Positions 34,990 to 45,384 of a DNA stretch of 64,000 bases are shown here, piece after piece. A program made the translations under genes and the position numbers. The stretch is from Lama glama (taxonomy: Eukaryota): the NCBI GenBank assembly GCA_028534125.1, contig CM052818.1:3350001-3414000 (forward strand). The letters run 5' to 3'. The number at the start of each line of letters is the position of its first letter. The first letter of the stretch is position 1. The notes below the pieces were generated by a model. It worked only from the letters and a program-made list of their open reading frames with translations. It was not told the DNA's origin and did no database searches.

Positions 34990-36932
34990 ATTTTATTGAA
35001 AATATTCCAATTAAAAAGAAAAGTATGCAAACATTAAAGTATTTGGTAAGAAAACAAAAGCAGATCTTTACTATCAATGTAAAGTACTAGCTGACAATGA
35101 CCAATTTCTCAAATGAGAACACAACCTACTTGTGACTGAAGAAGTAAATTCATTTGTTTGTGAATGACACGCAATTTGGCCAGGAAAGAACCAATGGACA
35201 GGAACCATGCGTGTGTAATTCCAATGTGATTAATTCACATGAGTGAAATGAAATAATCAAGTTTACTCAAACTTTATCTTTACTTCCAAGATATGTAAAA
35301 ATTCAGTTATTCAAATAATTCAATTTAAGATTGGTACTTATATTCTTTAATACATAAAGGTAAGGAACCTCTGATGTTATAAGATGGGAAAAAAACAAAA
35401 GCATCTCATGGAAAAGAGATATAATTATAGCCAAATACAAAAACAAGAAATGCAGCCTCTTGATACAGCAAATTATTGTATTAAAAACATTTAAACTACA
35501 GTCCTAGGAGTGAATATGGGGGAGGCCTTTAAAAGCTGCCTTCAAATTCACCATGAAGATGAATTTTGAAAAGAGTGATGATTTATGAATCTATGGACAT
35601 ATCACTAGGAAAGAAAAACTAGCAATAAATTCTAAAAGTTAAATCTAATTGGAGAAAATCCAACTTGAAAAAAATTCTGGTTTCAACTAAGTTGTTTTTT
35701 TTTTTTTGGTTCATTTTATATAGCTCATTTATTCTTCTTCCAAATGGATATTTATTATTTGTACAGACACATAAAAGTAATTCCCACTTCATAAACATAC
35801 TAAAAATATATATTAATCACAAAAAGTACTCACTCTGACTGGGAAGACGATGAGCATGGCTATTTTCAAAACAGCAGTAAACACAAGAAGCCAACATACA
35901 TAAATCATGACAAATGTACATCTCATTTTTGACAAAAATAATTCTATTTGTACATTAATGCTTTATTGTCAGCTTCTGTATGATATCCTCCAACCTTATT
36001 TACATTTACTACGAAATTTCTATCAGCATGTGTAACTCAAAGGCACTCAATTCAGAGGTTATAAAGTCCTGAGCTTAAGTAGGAAATAAGATTCCCAACC
36101 AAAATTTGAACATAAATAATTATAAAGATCATAGAATATAATAATGTTTAAAGTGTAATATTTGGTACATAAATAATCTATGACCTAATAATAAAGTTGT
36201 ACAGAATGTCAAAAAGACCATGTAAGGCCTAGCAATAGCCTCAAAGTCAAAATGATTTTCTCCCCTATTCAAGTTTATTTGAATGTCTGAAGCTGACTTT
36301 GTTGTTGTTAAAATCCTAGGAAAGCTAAATAAAAAGCAAAATAAAACAGCATGAAAACGCTTAAGTTAAATAAAACGTTCTTCAGCTGAGTCTTCAAAAC
36401 CATGAAAACAAATTTAATGATTAAAAACATTTTTGACTAGGAGGAGGAATCATAAAGAGTAGCTAAAAAATTAAAAGCTTTAAACGCACCAATGAAAGAG
36501 CATTTATAACTGGCCATTCAAATGATTTGTTTAGCATTCTTTTAGCCAAATAAAAATAAAACTTACAGACTGGATAACTGAGGTTCACCAACATTAGGTA
36601 GGATCAAAGTTCAAGCTAAGAATTAAACTCATATTTGGTCGCAGAGAAATGTGAGATTTACCTACAGCAATTTTCTACTGATGCTGAATTAAAAGCATGA
36701 GTCGACATTTTTATAACAGAAATGGTTTGACAGATATTTTCTTGGCTTTAAAATGTTTTTCCATAGATGCATAGAAATGTAATGAGGATAAGAAGAGTCT
36801 TCTGTATTATCTGTACAGTTCATAAGGCCTTTGACATTGTTAGTCACCTTAGATGTGAAATCCTTAGGGCCATTAAATTAAAGCTGGCCAGAAAAGCTTT
36901 CAAAGTGCTACTGTTTCCAACTGATGAGATCC
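34990..36932 (-). other. GMCL1: GMCL1 3'UTR (extent inferred) with several AATAAA signals (36274, 35962, 35751, 34992)
   Basis: AT-rich sequence with no recognised repeats, following the stop codon. TTTATT hexamers on the + strand. Confidence 0.6.
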
Positions 36933-37061
36933 TCAGTTTTCTGGATTTTCCGGATGATGATTATTTTCAGCTTTTTTTTCTGGAGATATATATAGGAAGT
37001 TACAGCAAATATATAAAGGGAAGATCAGAAGCCTGCTGTCCAAGTTCATCACTACTTGTTC
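36933..37061 (-). CDS. GMCL1: GMCL1 last exon (14) coding part (EQVVMNLDSRLLIFPLYICCNFLYISPEKKAENNHHPENPEN*)
   Basis: CTTATAG acceptor, TGA at 36933-36935. Confidence 0.96.
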   Translation of the reverse strand, partial: EQVVMNLDSRLLIFPLYICCNFLYISPEKKAENNHHPENPEN

Positions 37062-37147
37062 CTATAAGACAAATTTGTAGCTTTAATGATAATGGTAATA
37101 TTATAGAAAATTAAACACAGAAACAAATGGTTGAACTGAGTGAACTG

Positions 37148-37410
37148 CAAGTTAGTATGGTGGTTAAAAGCTTGCATCTGGTGTCTGAGAATCACTGCTT
37201 CAAATCTCATAACTCCCACCTGCTGGCTGTGTGACCTTGGGCAAGTCACTGACCTTATCAACTGCAGCTTCCTCACTGTAAATGGGGCCAGTAAAGAGTA
37301 TCTACCTCATAGAATTATACTGAGCATCAAATGAGACAAAGCACATAGAGGGCTCAGCAAAGCCAGCTATACGCTAAGTAATCAATAATGCTAGTTATTT
37401 TCATTATTGA
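37148..37410 (+). mobile_element. MIR SINE
   Basis: gtatggtggttaaaagc...ctgtgtgaccttgggcaagtcact...ttcctcactgtaaatggg...tacctcatag. Confidence 0.85.
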
Positions 37411-38249
37411 AAAAATTCTATTCTATCAAGTACCTACTTATTTCATGAGTAGACACAGTCCAGAAGTACACACTTCTCATTTGGCTTCAATGTCTGATGG
37501 TCTTTATGTAATAGCACATCCTTGGGATGAAGGTGGGAAGTTATTATTATCATGGTTCCCACTCTGGTCTAAGATTTCCCACTGGCTCTAATGCAAACAT
37601 GTCATTTGTCTCTTGGAACATAAAACACATTATTATGTAAAATCAATTTCAGTTCAGTTACATCAATATACATGAGAGTGCCTTGGAATCCCACAGAGAT
37701 GGGAGTTGATACTACACCTGAGAGCTGCAAATGGAACCATTGCTCACTCATGCTACAGCTCTCTGTTTGGAACCCTTTACCAGCAGCATTTGGTGAACAG
37801 AATAAATCCTCAGAGTATAAGCAACAGCACTGAAATGAGAACTCCTACTTTTTAAATACTTGGATACATTCTCTGAAATAATATACATTAGTTTCACCGT
37901 TACACATTTTGGAGAATATACTTTTAAATGCTCTTTCAATCTAGAGCTTTACATTTTTTACTGAAGCACGTGTTCCTGCAATGAAGAGACTAAAACTGGG
38001 ACATTTGAGTGACTGATGGAGGCTCAAGTGGACACAGCTTCTGACCTGGATTATAACAGCACCGTCTACCTTGTCTTCCTGCCATTATCATGTCTATAAT
38101 CCTTTTCACACATCTCTGAGACATCCTTCTATAAAGCAAATCTAGTTAGCATAGCCCTGTGAGAGGGACAGTTCTAAAGTAAACACAAAGATCACTAGCT
38201 TTCCTATGTGTCATCAAAAATTATTATTAAAAAGATTCATTTTATATTA

Positions 38250-39900
38250 GCAATTAAAATATAAAATACTTAGCACTATACTTCCAGGACACATATAGGA
38301 ATAATATGGAGGGGGGATCTAAATTTTAGAGAGACACAAGACCTAATTAATTGTAGACAATACCATATTCTAGAAGGGAAGATAACAATTTCCCACAATA
38401 TATTTATATATTTAACAATATAAATCAAAACTCTCAAAGGATTTTTTGAGAGGAAACGCAACAAAATCATTCGACACCCCATAGAGAACAGTAATCACGC
38501 ACAAAGAGCCCCAGGATTTTTGAAAAGAGGGGAATGAAGGTGAACTTGCATTACTGGTATTAAAATCCTTTTTAAAGTAAGTCTAACTAAAACAAAGTAT
38601 TGTTGTCTCCACAATAAAATTAGTAAAACAACAGGAATCTCAGAAATGAAACCAAGTATATAAGAACTTAGAATATGATAAAAATGGCATTTCAAATATA
38701 CTGATGATACACTTCAAATGTATCATCAAAATACTCCAATGAAAAAATTAAATGAAAGGAGTAAAAAAGGCCGAGACGCAGCCTCAGTCGCCTGGCACCT
38801 TCCGTTGGGTCGGTGGTGTGAGGGTCTCGCCAGGGCGTGTTGTCGGCGTCACCCTGCAGGTCCCGGTGGAACATAAAATACATTATGTTGTGCTGGTCCA
38901 GGTACCGCCTTGACAGCGGCTCTGCCCAATGCCCAGACGAGGCCACAGCCCGCACCCCAAGCAGCTGGGCAACCCTACAGCTAACTTTCCTGAACAAGTA
39001 GTAGATAATCTTCCAGCTGATGTATCCACTGGCATTTATTATGGTTGGGCCAGTACTGGAAGTGGAGAGGGCGATAAGATGGCAGTGAGCACACGATGGA
39101 ACCCAATTGTATTAAAAAAAAAAAAAAAAAGAATAGAAACCCCCCAGATAACTATATAACCCCAGGCAGAAGGCTCTAATATCACATCAAAATAAGAAAT
39201 CATTAAAGGCACAGATTATTTCATGAAGGTTGAAAGACAAGTGACAAAACTGGGAAAAGTAGAGCATATTTTAAGTGTTATCATTCTTTATATAAAAGCT
39301 GTTAAAATTAATAAGAAAACAAATAATTAAAAAAAGAAACAATTATGAACGGTCAGTTTTCACAGTATGTTCACGAAGTATATAAAAAACCCAGCTGTAT
39401 CAGAAACCAAACAAATGAAAATCAGAACAAATGATTTGTTTCCACTTATTATATTAGGAGAAGGATTAGAAAGAACACTAGGCTGCATATATTCTCCTGC
39501 ACTACAGGAGGGAGTGTAAGTTTGGACAGTATTTCTGGAGGGCAATTGGCCATTAGAAGGTGTATACACCATTTGAAAAGACTTTCACTTGCTGGAATTC
39601 ATCTTTAAAACAAGAATTATTTAAATTATGGTATATCTGAAATGACTATTACGTGGTAAAAAAATGATGTTGTGGATATATATTTACTGACAAGAAAAGT
39701 TATATACGACAAAGTGGAAAAAAAGCAGGTTACAAAATAGTTAACAGTGAGATACCATCTTTGGAAGAAAAAGATAGAGGCGAAGAAAAAGATGTCAGTG
39801 GTGCCACCTCTCAGTGGACTATGTATGACTTTTTTCCCCCTGCTTATTTCTGTTTTCTTTTTTTTTCTGTAACATCTATAACTTACGTAAAACACACATA
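38250..39900 (+). mobile_element. Ancient L1ME-like fragment hosting the RFK retrocopy
   Basis: Degenerate L1 ORF2/3' motifs on both sides of 38769-39130. Confidence 0.5.
38769..39130 (+). pseudogene. RFK: Processed, 3'-truncated riboflavin kinase pseudogene
   Basis: KQLGNPTANFPEQVVDNLPADVSTGIYYGWASTGSGEGDKMAVSTRWNP resembles RFK (PTAN motif). No intron, GC-rich 5'UTR-like leader, ends in A17. Confidence 0.92.
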
Positions 39901-41382
39901 TACAACCCAACTAAAATCCTTCCACAGCTCTCTACAGATCTCAGGAAGAACTCCATCCCCAGCCCGCCCTGCCCAGGCTCTACCCCTACTGAACTGTTCC
40001 TCTTCCAAACCTCAGTTCTTTGAATGACCTCTGTGCTCCTTGGCTGTCTTACTCATCATTTGAGACCTGGTTCAGGTATCCATTCACTTTTCAACTTGTC
40101 TAGGAGAAGAGGTTTTCCCTGATCTGTCTTCCCTTCTCTTCTTTCCCCAACCCCAGAGTAAAGGTCAGAGACTTCTCCCTTGATGCCACAAACTCTCTGA
40201 GCTCATCTCTCTCATCTACTTAGCTGTACAACATATGCCCCTTTCTATCTCCTCCACTCCTAGCATACAACCTAGCATGCAGTAGGCACACAGATGTTGA
40301 GTGAACAAATCAAGGAACACCTGGAAAGCAACTATCATCTTGGCCTGGTGCTTTTTAATTAAGTCTCTGGCTACTCTGAGCCATGACAATATTTTTCAAT
40401 GAAGTTCCATGTGGAAGGTAAAGACAGACATTGTTCATGCAGGTCCAGAGGGTGTGAGAAGGACCAACAGAGAATTCTAATGGAGGTGGATTTGAATTTT
40501 CCTATTGTGTACCTACCTTCTCACATACTGCCCACCACATGAGAGTCAGTTCTCGGTCACTAGAGATCCAACAATGGCTGGAGGACCCTTCGTAAGAATG
40601 CTGTTAAAGGGCTTCTCATACAGGGTAGGTCATGTTAGAACCATCACGTCCAGGGTTCCTTGCAATGTTAAATTCTGATGTTCTATGAGAGTCTCTTCAG
40701 TTTGAGGAAAACTGCTTTACTTCTCACAATCCGTGTGACCTTTAGGCTCTGAACCCTTTATTAAAACAGTATGTCCTTTGGAATGCTGGTTAGTTTTAAT
40801 AGAAATAAACTCTCAGTATTTTGACAGCTCTCATTTTACTTTTTGAAAATGGTTTACTTTCTCATCACGACATTCTGAAACTTCTATGTGCATGTGATAC
40901 AAGAAAAAATAAACGGCTTTAGAGATAATTTTGGCAACATTACAGATGTTTGTCATTTTGGAAACCTATTGTGCATGAGGATAATATCTCTTAATATCCA
41001 GGAGCTATGGAGACATGCTGGACTGTCTTTAAGGCATCTACTATTAATGTGTAGACAAATACTTTCATGAACACAGTGGATAAAAAAATTAAGATTCAGA
41101 ACTTTCTGAAGATCATGCTCAGGATGGACAATTATTTCCCTATTGTCAGCTTTTCCCTGCCCCTCAAATCAAATTGTGTTTCCTTTTTTCTGTCTTAGTT
41201 ATACTTCTGGTAGGATGGGGATAAATTATGCCAAAGTGAACACGGTACTTGCATCTTAACCTTCAAAACACTTTCAAACCAATCTTTAAATGAAATGTTA
41301 CTACTACTTAAGAATTTTCAAAAGAAGATTCAAAAGGCAAATATGATGATGAAAAAACGAACAGGAAAGTCACCAAACACAC

Positions 41383-41470
41383 CTGGTCCTTTTCGAGCGT
41401 CAGGATTTGGTAGCCAGTTGTCCTGCTGCATATCAGTTTCCCGCTGCTATCAAAAGAGGCCAAACGCAAT
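41383..41470 (-). CDS. GMCL1: GMCL1 exon 13 (88 nt; RLRLASFDSSGKLICSRTTGYQILTLEKDQ)
   Basis: CTGTAG acceptor, CAG|GTGTGT donor. Confidence 0.96.
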
Positions 41471-42608
41471 CTACAGTAAAAACACACACAAAGGAAAAAA
41501 AACACATGATTTTTAAGCCAGATTCATTTAAATAAGCCACACCTCACTTTAACATTTACTTTCCCCTCCATAGTCTCTTACTTGATAAGACTTTAAAAAG
41601 TCTTCCCAAACTATAAACTGATTCCATGCAGATCCACAAGCTTGTGCTATTATACATATCTCAGATATAAAAAATAATTTATAAATATGCTTTTAGTGTG
41701 GTAAAATATACATAAAATGTACCATTTTTACCGTTTTTAAGTGTATAGGTCTTGGCATTAAACACATTTCACATTGTTCTGTAGTCATTACCACCAGCCA
41801 TCCATCTCCAGAAACTTTTCTTCTTCCTCAGCTGATATTCTGTACCAAGTAAACAAGAATTCCCCATTTCCACTTACCTCAGACTCTGACAGTCACCATC
41901 TTACTGTCTGTCTCTGTAAACTTGCCTAGCCTAGGTACCTCATGTGAGTGGAATCATATAGTATTTGCTCTTCTGTTAACTGGCTTATTTCAGTTAGCAT
42001 AATGTCTTCAAGGCTCATGTTGTAGCATGTGTCAGAATTTCCTTTCATTTTAAGGCTGAATAATAATTCCATCACAGGTATATACACCACATGTTGTTTA
42101 TCTGTCGACACTCAGGTTGCTTCCACCTTTTAGCTATCGTGAATGCTGCTGCTATGTGTACAAATGTCTGTTTGAGTTTCTGCTTTCAATTCTTTTGGGC
42201 AAATACCCAGAAGAGAAATTGCTGGGTTATATGGTAATTAATTGTTTAATTTTTTGAGGAAGTGCCACACCATTTCCCATAAAGTATGCACCATTTTACA
42301 ATCCTACTAGCAATACACAAGGGTTCAATTTCTCCACGTTTTCACCAACATTTTTGTTTTGTTTATGATATATTAGCCATCTTAATGGGTGTGAGGCGGT
42401 TCTGATTTCCATTTCCCTAATGATTAGTGTTTATTTAAGTCCTCTGCCCATTTTTTGAATCAGACTGTTTTTTTGTTGTGGACTTTTAGGAGTTTTCTGT
42501 ATATTCTGGGTATTAACTCCTTATCAGATATATGGTTAGCAAATACTTTTTTCCACTCCACGTGTTGCCTTTTCACTTTGTTGAGTGTTCTTTGATGCAC
42601 TGGTTTTT

Positions 42609-43822
42609 TTTAAAATAATAATTGCTCAGATTTATTGAATGTTTAGTGTTTCCAGTTAACTCTAATAAGCTGCTGGCTTCTACTATCTCCTTTAATTCTC
42701 ACAGTAACCTTATGAAGTAGTATCACTACACTATTATTTAATAGATGAAGAAACTGAGGATTAGAGGTTTGTAGTAACTTGCCCAAATTCCTGCAACCAG
42801 ACAAGACGGAGCCAGAAATACAGCCCATTTCTTACTGTATAGCACAGGGAAACATACTCAAAATCTTGTAGTAGCTTATGGTGAAAAAGAATATGAAAAT
42901 GAATATATGCATATCCACGTGTGACTCAAGCATTGTGCTGTACACCAGAAACTGACACAACATGGCAAACTGACTATACTTCAACATAAAACAAAAAAGA
43001 ATAAAACCCACATCTGAACATGTAACAGCCTTATATCTTAAACCCAAGTTAATTATGGTGTCTTCCAGAAAAGAATATTTCCATAAATTATTAATGATAC
43101 AGTTCCATTAAAAAAAGAAAAAAGTTTCAGCAAATGTGAAAAGAGAAAACCCTGTTATTTTTCAATTCATGATGATAAAAAAAAGAGAGAGAATACATTC
43201 TTCCACAAGAAGGGTGGGTTTAAAGAACAGTTCTGACAGCATTTCACATGCAAAAGTATCAAAAAGTCTGATAAACAGCTCCCTTTTCAGGGGAAAAAAG
43301 TGATTCCAATGTGTTTACTCCTCTTCTGAACTACTCAGTGACCCCAAGTGATTTTTAAATTGGGAGGCAGATTACTGGCAATAAGTTCATCAAATTTAGA
43401 TCTACCCCGAACAGGCACATAATAGAAATGAAGAACATCTCTGACCCTGCACATCAGGTGAAGCCCGGAGTCAGGCACTGCACGGCCCAAGTCATCGGCC
43501 ACACGTGCCAAGAGACTGAACTTCAGAAGAACATCTTCCAGGGAGATGTCCTGCCAACTGCAGGGAACAGATGAGCCAAATACTTCTTTGACATGAGATT
43601 CCAAACGACTCCAGAGATCTTCAGGTGGCATGTTATGTTCGGCTTCATAAAGGTGGACACACAGGGTAAGTTCTTTCTTCACCTCTTCTACTGTCTCAGT
43701 GACCACTGGCTGCTTCTCTTTTCTGAATTGAGACCAAAATTCTCTGCGTGGCGCCCCTAGGACTATCCAGGTGAGGCCTCTTCTGGTAACGCTGGACAAC
43801 CTGAGCGCCGCTATCGCCGAGG
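42609..43822 (-). pseudogene. MRPL50: Processed MRPL50 pseudogene (CDS remnant 43335-43814 plus 3'UTR and short polyA)
   Basis: [16 protein letters not shown]...PPEDL...WQDISLED...[19 protein letters not shown] resembles MRPL50. Start ATG changed to ATA, AATAAA at 42631-42636, 15-bp TSD. Confidence 0.95.
42833..43005 (+). mobile_element. Short, young-looking L1 3' end nested in the MRPL50 retrocopy 3'UTR
   Basis: tactgtatagcacagggaaac...tgctgtacaccagaaactgacacaac...tgactatacttcaa plus A tail. Same family as the copies at 56555 and 60753. Confidence 0.8.
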
Positions 43823-44492
43823 GATGCACTAGTTTTTAATTGTGACTAAGTTCAATTTATCTTTTTGCTGTTGGTGGTGCCTGTGCTTTGGTATCACATT
43901 GAAGACATCACTGTCAAATCCAATGTTACTAAGTTTTTCTCTTATGTTTTCTTCCAAGAGTTATTTTACGGTTTTAGCTTTTATGTTTAGGTCTTTGATC
44001 CATTTTAAGTTAATTTTTGTATAAGGTATAAGGTACATATAAATGTATGCCTTTTAAATAATCTGTTCATTAAGCTATTTTCTAATTTGTCACCATCCTC
44101 TCCAGAAAAACATTGCCAGTTCAATTGCTAGGCAAAGGTGGACATATGGAATCCTATAAAAAATTCAGGATAACACCAGACATGTTTTCTTATCAAAATA
44201 CCATGTTGTATTTCCAGTTTGGACCTTTTATTTGCTAGGAACAGCATCCATCCTGTATCATTCATGCTGCAGCCTACCCTTTCTTCCTGACACATGAGCT
44301 CCAGGTCTCAGAGTTTTGATGCACTTACAGTTAATGCATTTTGTAGGGGTAGAGCCTTATCATCTCCTTGCACGTTCATGTCACTTGTATCTTACCAAAG
44401 TTCTAGTATCGTTGGTGTAATTTACGGTTTTAACTCATTTCTTATAGTTCTTCTGGAGTGAGGAAGAGGAGGGTGGGAAGATCGCATCCTAC

Positions 44493-44638
44493 CTAAATGC
44501 TATGCTCCTTCGAGGCTGTAAGCTGACAGACCCACTGCACGGCTGATTCAGGGTATTGCGCTTGAAAATGATGTATCGATTGGTGTAAGTTACAAGCAGA
44601 TCAAAGCCGAAGTTAAAACCTGTCCACCGCCAGCAGTA
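44493..44638 (-). CDS. GMCL1: GMCL1 exon 12 (146 nt; YCWRWTGFNFGFDLLVTYTNRYIIFKRNTLNQPCSGSVSLQPRRSIAFR)
   Basis: TTTTAG acceptor, TAG|GTAGGA donor, conserved GCL-domain WRWTGF motif. Confidence 0.97.
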
Positions 44639-45384
44639 CTAAAATACAAAGAAGAAAGATTTACTTTAGTTTATCATACTAGCAAGTCCAAAACAAAAAG
44701 TTGAAAATGCCTTTTTTTTCTAACCCACTTCAAATATTTCTCTCATGGGTCCCTCCTTTTTGTCAGTGCCTTAAGGCTTACACAGAATGTATCTGTGATA
44801 CACACACAAGGTTACTACACAGACATGGTATGTATCAAGGCCAGCAAAAGCAGTCATTATTCCTTAAGGTACTTTCCTAATATTGTCTCTTCACGATCTG
44901 TTTCATTAACTCGCCACACTGTGATTTTATCAGAACCAGTGTGGCTTTCTGCTGCATCTCTAAGTAGGTGTAGCTCTGCGGACTAGTAGTCTAGACAGAG
45001 GCAGTAAGAATCCATTAAAACTTATCCTGCTTTAAAAATACGCCGAAATACTTTAAGTGATACCTTGTGCGATCTCTTTTATGTGTAAAATCTAAAAAAG
45101 TATGTATTTAAAAAAGCCCCTAAGCTCACAGATACAGGCAACATTTGGTGGCTGCCAGAGATGAGGGGAGTGGGAGAAATGGATGAACTGTTTCTTCTTT
45201 TAGTTTAAACTGAATTTTTAAAATACCTTAACTAACTGACAGATACACAACTGAGTTATTTTAAACACCATGAGGTTCACAAGTAGGATCTAACAGTTCA
45301 TGGGAGACTACGAGGTGCGGTGGAGTGGAATAATGAAATAAAGGTAGGGCTTCAAGTGTTTGGTTGACTCTGAATTAGACCACT

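Larger units (their letters stand above)
41690..44035 (-). mobile_element. L1MB-type element (41690-42608 and 43823-44035) split by the MRPL50 retrocopy
   Basis: Reverse L1 3'UTR/ORF2 sequence is continuous across the duplicated site gatgcact(g/a)gttttt. Confidence 0.88.

Noticed and set aside
43815..43829. Listed start of the 164-aa ORF at 43829
   Set aside because: It is a GTG inside the TSD/L1 flank, not an MRPL50 start codon.
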